From the NCBI RefSeq assembly GCF_006345805.1, contig NC_043018.1, positions 5,766,001-5,830,000 of the forward strand: a stretch of DNA of 64,000 nt, in the 5' to 3' direction. A program made the translations under genes and the position numbers. The notes below the pieces were generated by a model. It was not told the origin of the DNA. It saw only the letters and a program-made list of their open reading frames with translations, and searched no databases. Shown here in pieces: positions 1 through 11,829 of this stretch. Origin of the DNA: Octopus sinensis (taxonomy: Eukaryota). Numbering within the stretch: position 1 is the stretch's first letter; each line of letters begins with the position of its first letter.

Positions 1-492
1 ATTGAGATGAAATGCTTTGCGGTGGTGTGAATAAGTTTTTGTGAGTGTGAAAGTTTTTATGCTTCAGCTAGCATTTGCGACGAAAAGACAACGATATGGA
101 ATACCATAAACAATAAGGCTTGCAAAAACAAAAAAGAGAGGAAACAGGTCGGGAACTTAGTGATGTTTTTCATCCTGCGTATTGGCTAGCTGGTTGTGTG
201 GAAAGCGGTGAAGGTGAGATATATTACGAGAGAGAGAGAGAGAGAGAGAGACAGTGAAAACAGAGGGAGAACCGACACCACATAGCGAGAGGAGAGAGCG
301 ACATAGTGACACCGCGCATTGGGAGAAGATGGGGTTTAGGCGGCAGAAAAGAAGACAGGATTGAGATTGAAATGCTTTGCGGTGGTGTGAATAAGTTTTT
401 GTGAGTGAAAGTTTTTATGCTTCAGTAGCATATCAGAAATATTAAATTTCTAAATATCTCATAGAGACATGTATGGTGGTGGAGCGATAGAA

Positions 493-774
493 TGGTTGTA
501 TACTGTCAACCTAACGTGACAGTCCTGTAAGGGAATTTCACCACCACTGTTTAGCCCTAGGAAGCATCAACGCTTCCTGTCAGCTTTGACACATTTCCTG
601 TGTCCTTATATATTTACAGGCCTAGCTGTTGGGGGTATTTGTCTCCCCTTCGTAAATATATAAGGACACAGGAAATGTCAAGGCTGACAGGAAGCGTCGA
701 TGCTTCCTAGGGCTATATAGCGGTGGTGAAATTCCCTTACAGGACTGTCACGTTAGGTTGACAGTATACAACCA
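493..774. repeat. Long inverted repeat (125/123-bp arms, 34-bp spacer), MITE/foldback-like
   Basis: tggttgtatactgtcaacc...tatatttac (493-617) pairs with gtaaatata...ggttgacagtatacaacca (652-774). Confidence 0.9.
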
Positions 775-809
<35 letters not shown>

Positions 810-851
810 CAATAGAAAAAATGAAAAATAAACAAGAAAATTAATTCTTAC

Positions 852-1052
852 AAGAATCCAGCAATATAAGAGTCAGACAGTCCAGGAGCACCACCGCCAT
901 AAGCAGAACTGGTCTCACCAAGCCAGAGATCCTTGTCCCTGGAATATTTATGCAGCATTCCAAAAGCAGTGTCCAATTGATCACCAAACTTCTCCATCTC
1001 CCATGTGCTGAGAAATTGCTCAGCATTGGTATTGTGTCCATTTAGGTAATAC
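852..1052 (-). CDS. HPSE: Heparanase coding exon 6 (catalytic nucleophile)
   Basis: ttttcaag|G YYLNGHNTNAEQFLS...LWLGETSSAYGGGAPGLSDSYIAGF TT|gtaaga. WLGETSSAYGGGAP is the human E343 nucleophile motif. Later exons lie left of the window. Confidence 0.93.
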
Positions 1053-1099
1053 CTTGAAAATGGAATAATGTATTTTGTTAGTCAAATAACTAAACAGCC

Positions 1100-1130
<31 letters not shown>

Positions 1131-1209
1131 ATTAGGGAGTAAATCCAAACTCACAAGGAAAAATTAGATTTAGGATTAAATCTAATTTTATAGTATAAAT
1201 ATATATATT

Positions 1210-1377
1210 AAATTAGAGATCAAACCACTATTAGGCAAATCAAACAGTGAAAACATAAACCAATACAAAGAAATAAAATGAATTAATAAATATTTTTTTA
1301 TTAATTATTTTATTTCTATGTATTGGTTTATGATTTTCACTGTTTGATTGGCCTAATAGTGGTTTTATCTCTAATTT
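1210..1377. repeat. AT-rich palindrome (~82-bp arms, ~6-nt spacer)
   Basis: aaattagagatcaaaccactattaggc... pairs with ...gcctaatagtggttttatctctaattt; about 5 differences. Confidence 0.88.
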
Positions 1378-1380
1378 TAT

Positions 1381-1415
<35 letters not shown>

Positions 1416-1744
1416 CAATGTAAATGCTGTCATAAGAATTTCTAAACTCTCGTGAGAAGGTAAAATAATTTTTTGGGAAGAACGGATCTCACAGAAGATG
1501 AAGCTATAAATAAGGGCATGTATATATTAGGTTGAACAACCCCTTTGGATAAAAAAAAAGTCAAAAGGGGCTCCTGGCTCACAAACCCACCATGGCTACA
1601 AGAGATAATGATTCATGTTCCACAGGAAGCCTTCGACTATTTCTATACTAAAGATGTTTTTCAACCTAATATTTATATGCTGTTATTTATAGCTGTATGT
1701 GCTTTGAGATCCACTATCAACCACCCCAAATTATACATACATAC

Positions 1745-2070
1745 ATGCATGCATTCATACATACATACATGATGGCCATCCACTTGTGACTGAGGAAGAC
1801 CATTGCTGACCTTCAGGAACATTGTGCGCTCTAGGACTAACTTATATTTTGCATTTGCGGCTCCGTTGGTGGCTAATGAACCCTGCTCTTGACAAGCATA
1901 CACGACTGCAAACATTGCAGACCAAGCTTTCCCCATTCACTATACGAGCCGTGCGCTTTCGCGCAACTCGCTTAAGTTCTTCATGCTGGATACGTTCTCT
2001 CTCAAAAGTGTTGATCCCCTCCTTAACCTGCTTCCTCCATCTGTGGCGATGACAGGCATTGTTCTCCCAG
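1745..2070 (-). mobile_element. 3' end of BovB-like RTE LINE
   Basis: ...LKRVARKRTAR...LVCNVCSRVCLSRAGFISHQRS is the C-terminal C2H2-like finger typical of RTE ORF2 ends; (ATGT)n tail. Confidence 0.7.
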
Positions 2071-2362
2071 TCATACATACATACATACACTTTGTCGCAA
2101 ATTATGTCTATTCTGGAAACTGTTATAAAAATAGTTTGTTTTTGAAGTAGGAATGTGGCTCAGAATTCATCCGTTAATGGACAAATTGATTGAGTAATAC
2201 ATGAATACTGACCAATCAAAAAAAAAAATCAACAAAAAAAAAAGAGGGACAGGTCATGTTTTCATGGTCATGTGATGGACAATTTGAGGTAGCAACCTGA
2301 CCACTGCATGAAGTGCTACCAGTTAGTCATTTAAATGTTTTAGAAAAGGCATGGTCACTTAC

Positions 2363-2410
2363 TGGTGGACAGTTACAACATCTACTGTGTCCCTGGAGTG
2401 TTCTAGGAAT
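2363..2410 (-). CDS. HPSE: Heparanase coding exon 5 (48-bp micro-exon)
   Basis: ttttccag|A FLEHSRDTVDVVTVH CA|gtaagt. Phase 2-2 bridges exons 4 and 6 to give KFLEHSRDTVDVVTVHQYY (cf. IDSVTWHHYY). Confidence 0.88.
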
Positions 2411-3476
2411 CTGGAAAAGTTAAAAAAATATGCTTATTTCAATATATACATGGATACATATATAAATATTCATCTATCTATCTATGCATGTGTGCATATA
2501 TGTGTACACACACACATATATGTATACAAACATATATATACATCTTGGCGTTAGGAAGGGCATCCAGCTGTAGAAACATTGCCAGATTAGACTGGAGCCT
2601 GGTGCAGCCTTCTGGCTTCCCAGAACCCCGGTCGAACCGTCCAACCCATGCTAGCATGGAGAACGGACGTTAAACGATGATGATGATGATGATGATATAT
2701 ATATATATATATATGGAGGCACAATGGCCCAGTGGTTAGGGCAGCAGACTCGCGGTCGTAGAATTGCGGTTTTGATTCCCAGACCGGGCAATGTGAGTGT
2801 TTATTGAGCGAAAACACCTAAAAGCTCCACGAGGCTCCGGCAGGGGGTGGTGATCCCTGCTGTACTCTTTCACCACTCTTTCTCCCATTCTTTCTTCTGT
2901 TGGCCTACTCGCTTAGCCAGCAGGGTGGCGTCATTCGAAGGCTAAAACAATGCAAATGCATTGTGACCGTGGTAAGTAGCTTGCTAACCAACTACATGGT
3001 TCCGGGTTCAGTCCCACTGCGTGGCATCTTGGGCAAGTGTCTTCTGCTATAGCCACGGGCCGACCAATGCCTTGTGAGTGGATTTGGTAGACGGAAACTG
3101 AAAGAAGCCTGTCGTATATATGTATATATATATGTGTGTGTATGTGTTTGTCTCCCTAGCATTGCTTGACAACCGATGCTGGTGTGTTTACGTCCCTGTT
3201 ACTTAGCGGTTCGGCAAAAGAGACCGATAGAATAAGTACTGGGCTTACAAAGTCCCGGGGTCGATTTGCTCGACTAAAGGCGGTGCTCCAGCATGGCCGC
3301 AGTCAAATGACTGAAACAAGTAAAAGAGAGTAAAAGAGAATATATATATATACACACGCGTGCGCGATTATGAGCCTACTACTAATCTATACACCCTCAT
3401 CTTCCCTCATCATACATCCTAAAAAATTTTTCTAAATCCTCACAAAAGCACCTAAAACAAATAATTGATCTCTTAC

Positions 3477-3657
3477 TTGATAAAGTATTTCTCCTTGTAT
3501 GCTTTCCTCAAACACCCATCAGTGACATCAGGTCCAACAATAAGGGACTTCTTATATAATGGGAAAGAGTTCTTCAGCTCTTTGAGTTTGTCAAAATCCT
3601 TACTTAAAACAACAGGGTCAATGGCATGACCAACAAGGTGCCGGTAGTGATCTGGTT
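3477..3657 (-). CDS. HPSE: Heparanase coding exon 4
   Basis: ctcag|AA completes GAA, giving ELGNEPDHY (human E225 motif), then ...SLIVGPDVTDG...KYFI AA|gtaaga. 181 bp. Confidence 0.92.
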
Positions 3658-4697
3658 CTGAGAAAAGAAAAGAAAAGAAAAGAATTCTTTTAGTTCCATT
3701 AATTATAGTTAAAGAATAAGGACACATTAGATAATATAGTACTAGATACATTGTGCCTGAAGGAAAACTAACAGACTGAACACAGTAAAAATACCTTTAG
3801 TGACACAGCAGTTAAATCAGGGTTGACCTCGGTGGAAACAACAACAACATTTTCTGAAGCCAAAGAGACACCTTGACTGGTAGAAATAATAGTCAAAGCT
3901 CTTTCAGAGCTCAACCTTCCAAAAACAAGGATAGATTGAAAAATGCAGTCTTACTCTTTTACTTGTTTCAGTCATTTGACTGCGGCCATGCTGGAGCACT
4001 GTCTTTAGTCGAGCAAATCGACCCCCGGGACTTATTCTTTGTAAGCCCAGTACTTATTCTATCGGTCTCTTTTGCCAAACCACTAAGTGACGGGGACGTA
4101 AACACACCAGCATCGGTTGTCAAGCAATGTTAGGGGGACAAACACAGACATACAAACACATACACACACATATATATACATATATACGACAGGCTTCTTT
4201 CAGTTTCCGTCTACCAAATCCACTCACAAGACATTGGTTGGCCCGGGGCTATAGCAGAAGACACTTGCCCAAGATGCCACGCAGTGGGACTGAACCCGGA
4301 ACCATGTGGTTGGTTAGCGAGCTACTTACCACACAGCCACTCATTAGAAACAAAGCAAAGCAAAAAAAAAAAAGGGGGCTGAATAGTCATAGGTGGAACT
4401 TCTATCACCATAGGTTTGCGGGAAGGTACATGGCTTAGTGGTTACAGTATTCAGTTCACGATCATAAGGTCATGAGTTCAATATCTGGCAGTGCTTGGTG
4501 TCCCTGAGAAAGTTTCTTTATTTCACGTCCAATCCGCTCAGCTGGCAAAAATGAGTAGTACCTGTATTTCAAAGGGCCAGCCTTGTCACATTCTATGCCA
4601 CACTGAATCTCCCTGAGAACTAAGTTAAGGTTACACATCTTTGTGGAATGCTCACACACTTGCACATTAATTTCACAAGCAGGCCATTCCACTAGAG

Positions 4698-4898
4698 CAG
4701 TGCTTTTCAAACCTTTTGCTGGAGCGGAACCCCAAGGAAATATTCCACTGGCTCGAGGAACCCCTGAGCAATAATTTAATAGTCTTATGCACATATATCT
4801 GCACAGGAGAATTAAAAATTACTGCCGATTTTAGCAGTTTTGTAACTTCTTGCGGAACCCCTGGACTGTACTGGCGGAACCCTGGTTGAAAATCACTG
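4698..4898. mobile_element. hAT-type MITE nested in a SINE (~4424-4985)
   Basis: TIR CAGTGCTTTTCAA / TTGAAAATCACTG; perfect 8-bp TSD CACTAGAG. Confidence 0.88.
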
Positions 4899-5036
4899 CA
4901 CTAGAGGCCTCTTGTCGTAACTGATGGAGTACCAGGTAAAGTTTGCTGGATCTGAGCTGACCTGGAGCTAAACAACAACAGAGTAAATTTAGAAGAAGAC
5001 AATTTACATGATTTAAAGACAGTGATTATTACTTAC

Positions 5037-5216
5037 CGTTTCCAAGTTCCAGTCCTGCAAGAGGGAACCCTTTCTTCTGAGATAGCTTCAGAAGTTCTGA
5101 CGCATTGATGTTAGGGTCCCAAGAGTTGTTAGTTCTCTGTAGTAAGTTCAGATCAAAAATTAACTCCCATCCAGGGACCGAGTGTACAAAGTCGTTCAAG
5201 TAGGTCCAGTCGAACG
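5037..5216 (-). CDS. HPSE: Heparanase coding exon 3 (ends at catalytic acid/base Glu codon)
   Basis: Not in ORF track; translated by hand: ttgcag|CG FDWTYLNDFVHSVPGWELIFDLNLLQRTNNSWDPNINASELLKLSQKKGFPLAGLELGN G|gtaagt. 180 bp, phase 1-1. Confidence 0.92.
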
Positions 5217-6774
5217 CTGCAAGAAATATTCAAATGAAATAAATAGAACACGAAAAAAAAAGAAGTCTCATTTATATCTTTTGTCTTTCACTAGTGTCAG
5301 TCAATAGACTGTGGCCAGGCTGGGGCATCGCCCAGAAGAATTTTAGTCAAACAAAGCAATCCCAGTATATATATCTCTTTACTCTTTTTTTCTCTTTTTA
5401 CTTGTTTCAGTCATTTGACTGCGGTCATGCTGGAGCACCACCTTTAATCGAGCAACTCGACCCTGGGACTTATTCTTTGTAAGCCCAGTACTTATTCTAT
5501 CGGTCTCTTTTGCCAAACCGCTAAGTAACAGGGACATAAACACACCAGCATCGGTTTTCAAGCAATGCTAGGAGGACAAACACACATACGCATATATATA
5601 TATATACATATATACGACGGTCTTCTTTCAGTTTCCGTCTACTAAATCCACTCACAAGGCATTGGTCGGCCCGAGGCTATAGTAGAAGACACATGCCCAA
5701 GGTGCCACGCAGTAGGACTGAACCCGGAACCATGTGGTTGGTAAGCAAGCTACTTACTACACAGCCACTCCTGCATGTGTGTGTGTTTTTGTGTGTATTT
5801 GTTCCCCACCTCCATCGCTTGACAACCAGTGCTGGTGTGTTTATATCCCTGTAACTCAGCAGTTCAGCAAAAGAGACCAATAGAATAAGTATCAGACTTG
5901 AAAAATATAAGTATTGAGGTCAATACATTCGACTAAAAATTCTTCAAGGCAGTGCTCCAGCATGGCTGTGTGGTAAGAAGCTTGCTTCTCAACCACATGG
6001 TTCCAGGTTCAGTCCTACTGCGTGGCCCCTTAGGCAAGTGTCTTCTCCAATAGCCTCGGGCTGACTAAAACCTTGTGTGTGGATTTGGTAGATGGAAACT
6101 GGAAGAAGCCTGTCATATGTGAGTGTGTGTATTTCCCCATCACCACTTGACAACCACTGTTGGTGTGTTTATATCCCCATAACTTAGTAGTTTGGCAAAA
6201 ACGACCGACAGAGTAAGTACTAGGCTTAAGAGGTAAGTCCTGGTGTCAATTTCAGCTAAAATCCTTCAAGACAGTGCTCCAGCATGGCTGCAGCCAAATA
6301 ACTGGAACAAGTAAAAGAATAAAAGTATATACGTGTAGGAGTGGCTGTGTGGTAAATAGCTTGCTTACCAACCACATGGTTCCGGGTTCAGTCCCACTGT
6401 GGAGCACCTTGGGCAAGTGTCTTCTACTATAGCCTCGGACCGACCAAAGCCTTGTGAGTGGATTTGGTAGACGGAAACTGAAAGAAGCCCGTCATATATA
6501 TGTATATATATATATATATGTATGTGCGTGTTTGTGTGTCTGTGTTTGTCCCCCCAACATCACTTGACAACCGATGCTGGTGTGTTTATGTCCCTGTCAC
6601 TTAGTGGTTCGGCAAAAAACAGACCGATAAAATAAGTACTAGGCTTACAAAGAATAAGTCCTGGGGTCGATTTGATCAACTAAAAGGCAGTGCTCCAGCA
6701 TGGCCACAGTCACATGATTGAAACAAGTAAAAGAGTAAGAGTACGTGCATACATACATATACACGTGTATATAT

Positions 6775-7170
6775 TTCATGGCTGTCCACTTCTGAGAGGG
6801 CAAGACCATCGCTGACCATTAAGAACATTGTGCACTCAAGCAGCAATATCCATGGAAAATATCAGCAACAACTGTGCAACATTTTAGGTCCAAATAAGGC
6901 TTGCACAACACCTCAGAGACCCTCTCCATCCAGATGACATGATTCAGAGACAAGATACCTAGTGCCAACATGGGTCAAAGGCTCAGGAATGTGGGAATGC
7001 CGTGATCATAAGTACAAGAAAAGGGTCCTCCATAATGTCCAGTATCATTCCCTGTGCATCTAGTTTTTATATCAGAGTGACCTCCTAGAGACTTGCTTTA
7101 AACAAAAGCTGAGCGGTGCCTCACTCGCAGTGGTCTTCCATCATGCTGGACACCAAACCAGAATTTCTGA
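6775..7170 (-). mobile_element. Degenerate 3' fragment of the same BovB-like family
   Basis: 3' UTR-like segment gcacaatgttc..atggtcagc.atggtctt...aagtgga..gccat is shared with the 1745-1830 copy. Confidence 0.5.
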
Positions 7171-7178
7171 AGCCTATA

Positions 7179-7222
<44 letters not shown>

Positions 7223-7470
7223 TATAAATATATAGCCTATTATACATCTATTAGCCAGTGTATACAAAGTGATGAATAGCTTTGCGGAAACCATGGTATG
7301 CTTTGTTTTCTGACTTTTTAATCATCTCATAATTAATGACTTTTATTACTACCTCAGTCCATCTAAATGTATATATTTGTCATTACCTTTCATAAAAAGC
7401 CTTTTTTTATTTACAATGTGCATTTTCATTGATTTTTCATATTTTACCCCTATATATATATATATATATA

Positions 7471-8321
7471 CTAGCTGACATACCTGGTAATTCCCAGGAA
7501 AGCGGGGCTTATCCCTTGGTTTCGTTCTCATAACTGTTTCGCTAGTCCAATAACAACAATACAAAATATGTAACCCTTAAAACGGTTTTTGTGCATTTAC
7601 AGAGAATGCCGAACTGGCTTACACAGGATCTTGTTTTTAGAAATTCCCAATAAGTTTTGAATACCCAAATTGTGAAATCATTTATATAATAACATGAAAT
7701 TAGTTACCCGATAGTAAGAATTCAAATAAAGTAGCCCCGAAAAGGGCTTTAATATGTTCCCAGAGTATATAGAACATTGGAGGAAATACTAATAAGGTAT
7801 GTATAATTATATCGTGCTGCATGTTACATAATAAAAGGCTAATCAGATATGAGACAATAACAATTCAAAGTAAATAGCTCTGAAAAGGGCTTTTGTGTGT
7901 CCCCAGAGAATATTACCCTCAGGGGTGCTACTGTTGGTATATTCATAAATAAGTCACTAACTGAAATAAGTGGATCTATTGATTAGGAAAATACTATTTA
8001 CTTGTTTAAGGGTTGTACTGGATAAATTGCGAAAATAACTCTAACAGTTCAAATGCTAAGAAATAAGCATACTCAATTTCATTTCTACCAAATAATTTAG
8101 CAAAATGATTGGGTTATTTCCCTTAGCTATATGTAAGGATCCCTTCCAGGAGCCCTATTATCGATTTTTTTTTTCAACAATCTAAGTATGCCATGAGGTT
8201 TCCAGACAGGAGTTGTACTCACGTGTCAAGTTTCATCAAAATCGATAAAACAATATAGGAAGAGTTAGCTAACAACTCTGCAAACACACTCACAGACAGA
8301 ATTTCCCACATATGTAGTAGA
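7471..8321 (-). mobile_element. Non-autonomous Helitron-type element
   Basis: Minus strand begins A|TC, ends with hairpin cctgggaattaccagg followed by CTAG|T. Confidence 0.65.
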
Positions 8322-8378
8322 TATACACACACATACATGTATGTGCTTGTATATATACATGCACCACACACACACATA

Positions 8379-9208
8379 CAGGGTGCGATGAATGAATTGT
8401 TGTCTAAATTACGCAAAAATGAAAATAACATTGACATTTCATTTTAACAGATATTTTTTACCAAAATTGCATAAATAAATCTTGAAATACTAAAGAGGAA
8501 ATTTATTCAATAAAATCGCTACTGGCTTCAACCACAGTCTCTAGACGACTTCAGAATCTTCTGCAACTCTTCTGGACAGTCTCCTTCGTGAATGCTGCCA
8601 TAATCCTTGCCTTCCGTTTATCTTTGGTCTTACAAGGAGTTTTGTTGGTCCCTCGCTCAACTGCACCCCACACATAATAAATAATCAAGAGGGTTGCAGT
8701 CTGGGGAGTTAGGTGGCCATATGTTAAGGGTTATATGGTTGCAGAAATTGTCTGACAGCGATGACTGAGTTCTCCTGCTTGTGTGGCATGTTGCCAGACA
8801 TAGGGTTTTCCAGCAGTCACCCTGTTGACCCACAACAGCACTATCTCCTCCAGGCACTTGATGTAGGCCTTCATGTTGAGTCTGAGACTGCTTGGGAAGA
8901 TGAATGGAGGCATAATATCGCCATCACTAGTGATCACTCCAAACACCATGATGTTCACGGGATGCTTGATTTTTATTATTCTCAGTACATATCCTCAGAT
9001 TGACCACCCAAACACTTTGAAATGTTCGTACTGTAGCTTCTGGCATGAATGCTGAGCAATACAGTATGTCGTTTGCAAATTTCTAGCAATTATGTCATGG
9101 TGCCCAACTGACCCTACTATACTGTGTAGTTGACAAAATCAAAAAGAAACAATGCACATGCATAAAATTAAAATTATAAAATGGCAACAATTTGCCCATT
9201 GCACCCTG
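8379..9208 (-). mobile_element. Internally deleted Tc1/mariner element, maT (DD37D)-like
   Basis: TA|CAGGGTGCGATG...CATTGCACCCTG|TA (about 24-bp imperfect TIRs, TA TSD). Transposase pieces MVFGVITSDG, WPPNSPDCNPLDY. Confidence 0.88.
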
Positions 9209-9269
9209 TATATGTGTGTGTGTGTATATTTCAATACAGGAAAATAATTCACGAGAAAAAATCATTTGC

Positions 9270-9312
<43 letters not shown>

Positions 9313-9457
9313 ATATATAAATACACACACACACACACGCATAAATGAATGTGTGTGTGTGTGTGTCGTATGTGTCTGAACACACACACACTCATATGTT
9401 TACATGTGTGTATGTGTGTGTGTAAATTCCATAGGACAAATAAGATAAATGGAAATT

Positions 9458-9626
9458 AAGAATTTAAAAATATATGTATTCATGCATTCATCATCATCAT
9501 CATCATCATCATCATCGTTTAACGTCCGTTCTCCATGCTCGAACCGTCCAACCCATGCTAGCATGGAGAACGGACGTTAAATGATGATGATGATGAATGC
9601 ATGAATACATATATTTTAAAATTCTT
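9458..9626. repeat. Foldback inverted duplication centred on a retroposon tail
   Basis: aagaatttaaaaatatatgtattcatgcattc(atc)n gtttaacgtccgttctccatgct mirrored by agcatggagaacggacgttaaa(tga)n atgcatgaatacatatattttaaaattctt. Confidence 0.85.
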
Positions 9627-10149
9627 GATTGGCTGAAAGTGGTTCAAGGCTTAAAATAGATAGATAGACAGACAGACAGACAGATAAATAGATAGAAAGA
9701 TAGATAGATAAATAGATAGATAGATAGAAAAAGAGAGAGAGACAGACAGACAGACAGAGAGCAAATTACTAGTGTTTGTGGTATGTTTAAGAATTAAATT
9801 TGGTGGGCTATGGGAAAAATTCATCAATATCCAGTGTCAAATAGCTTGCTTATTAAGCAACCAGAAAAGAAAACCCCCACATATATACATGCATGTGAAC
9901 TCACACACACATATTTTACTAATCTAGTCTACTAAACCAAACCTGTTGTACACTCCTTAAATTGATGAGCTCTATTTATAAACTTGAGCACTCTAACCCA
10001 CCGAGGAGCAACATCCTGTCCCATTTTCTATGAAGAATATTTCCACAGGTATAGACAAGCCTGTGTTAGGAAGTTTATTGTGCAAATTTGTGGTTTGAGG
10101 TTCAGTCCTATCCTTTCTATAGGAAGCACAAGGCCTCAAATTTGGGGGA

Positions 10150-10925
10150 AGGGATTAAGTCAATTACATCAACCCCAGAGTTTCACTGGTACTTAATTTA
10201 TCGACCCCAAAAGGATGGAAGGTGAAGTCGACCTCGGTGGAATTTGAACTCAGAATGTAGAGGCAGACAAAATACCTATTTCTTTACTACCCACAAGGGG
10301 CTAAACATAGAGGGGGACAAACAAGGACAGACAAACGGATTAAGTCGATTACATCGACCCCAGTGCGTAACTGGTACTTAATTTATCGACCCCAAAAGGA
10401 TGGAAGGTGAAGTCGACCTCGGTGGAATTTGAACTCAGAATGTAGAGGCAGACAAAATACCTATTTCTTTACTACCCACAAGGGGCTAAACATAGAGGGG
10501 GACAAACAAGGACAGACAAACGGATTAAGTCGATTACATCGACCCCAGTGCGTAACTGGTACTTAATTTATCGACCCCAAAAGGATGGAAGGTGAAGTCG
10601 ACCTCGGTGGAATTTGAACTCAGAATGTAGAGGCAGACGAAATACCTATTTCTTTACTACCCACAAGGGGCTAAACATAGAGGAGGACAAACAAGGACAG
10701 ACAAACGGATTAAGTCGATTACATCGACCCCAGTGCGTAACTGGTACTTAATTTATCGACCCCGAAAGGATGAAAGGCAAAGTCGACCTTGGCGGAATTT
10801 GAACACAGAACATAACGGCAGACGAAATACGGCTACGCATTTCGCCCGGTGTGCTAACGTTTCTGCCAGACAAAATACCTCTAAGCACTTCACGTAGCAT
10901 GCTAACAATTTTGCCAGCTAACCGT
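10150..10925 (-). repeat. SINE family B with internal 185-bp unit amplified in tandem
   Basis: gtcgacct recurs at 10227, 10412, 10597, 10782. The tRNA-like head (B box gttcaaattcc on minus strand) is at the right end. Other family B copies: ~22110-22340, 47680-47860, 53270-53640, 54390-54820. Confidence 0.85.
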
Positions 10926-10956
10926 CTTAATAATAACATCAATAATAATAATAATA

Positions 10957-10991
<35 letters not shown>

Positions 10992-11220
10992 GTAATAATG
11001 GTTCCAGATTTTTCCACAAGGGTAGCCATTTTGGGAGAGGGAATGAGTCGATTACATCAACGTATTGACAGACGAAATACCATTAAGCATTTTGTCCGGC
11101 GTGCTAATGATTCTGCCAGCTCACCAATATTACTTAACCTTTCTTTGATATTGCTGTACCTTTTATGTGTCCATAGCTTACAGCGGATATAAATATATGT
11201 TCAAACATCATGGTGTTTAT

Positions 11221-11423
11221 TATTGTTCTTATTCTAATTTATGTCCATTGTTCAGAAATCTTTTGTCACACATCTGTGAATTCTTCAGCGACGCTTTCTG
11301 TCCTTGAGCGTGCTTTTGCTTCACTTGGTCCATTCTGTTCAAGAGCACACACAACGACAGAAGAGGTCACAGATGTGTGACGAAAGATTGCTGGACAATG
11401 GACATGAGTTACAATAAGAACAA
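11221..11423. repeat. Imperfect inverted repeat (~57-bp arms, ~88-bp spacer)
   Basis: ttgttcttatt...gtcacacatctgtga versus tcacagatgtgtgac...aataagaacaa. Confidence 0.75.
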
Positions 11424-11491
11424 CAATAAATAAGTTCAGAATGAATATACAGTTCATGTGTTTATTTGGCAAAAATACAATATATATAAAA

Positions 11492-11694
11492 TGTGACCGC
11501 GCGTGTACCATTGGCGATTTTTTTCGTCCGTCTTCCCTTCTCTGGATCTTTCCTTTTCCTATGTTTCTGACGAAGAGCTCCGCTCAAAACGTTAAACCCT
11601 CATTCTTTCCTTCCTTCCTGAGCGTCCAATAATACTATATTTGTTCAACGTCCTCACGTTGTTGTGTTTTCTCTTTGTTTTCATGTTTGGATTA

Positions 11695-11697
<3 letters not shown>
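11492..11697 (+). mobile_element. ~205-bp hammerhead-bearing repeat (Penelope pseudo-LTR/retrozyme-like)
   Basis: Homologous over its full length to 58169-58367 (minus); abuts a (TA)n tract at its 3' end. Confidence 0.65.
11563..11597 (+). ncRNA. Minimal type I hammerhead ribozyme motif (G12>A in this copy)
   Basis: GTTT-CTGACGA-A-GAGC TCC GCTC-AAAA-C-GT-T-AAAC: stem I GTTT/AAAC, stem II GAGC/GCTC, palindromic AACGTT at stem III. Confidence 0.55.
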
Positions 11698-11739
<42 letters not shown>

Positions 11740-11774
11740 GAGAAAGAAGCAACAAGAATGGATTGGTTTTTTTG

Positions 11775-11829
<55 letters not shown>

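Noticed and set aside
1-430. Direct repeat of ~65 bp at 1 and 361
   Set aside because: Truncated by the window edge and cannot be classified; probably part of an intronic repeat.
841-1041. ORF-track protein MDTIPMLSNF...
   Set aside because: Wrong frame; the real exon (852-1052) is read in another frame and encodes the WLGETSS motif.
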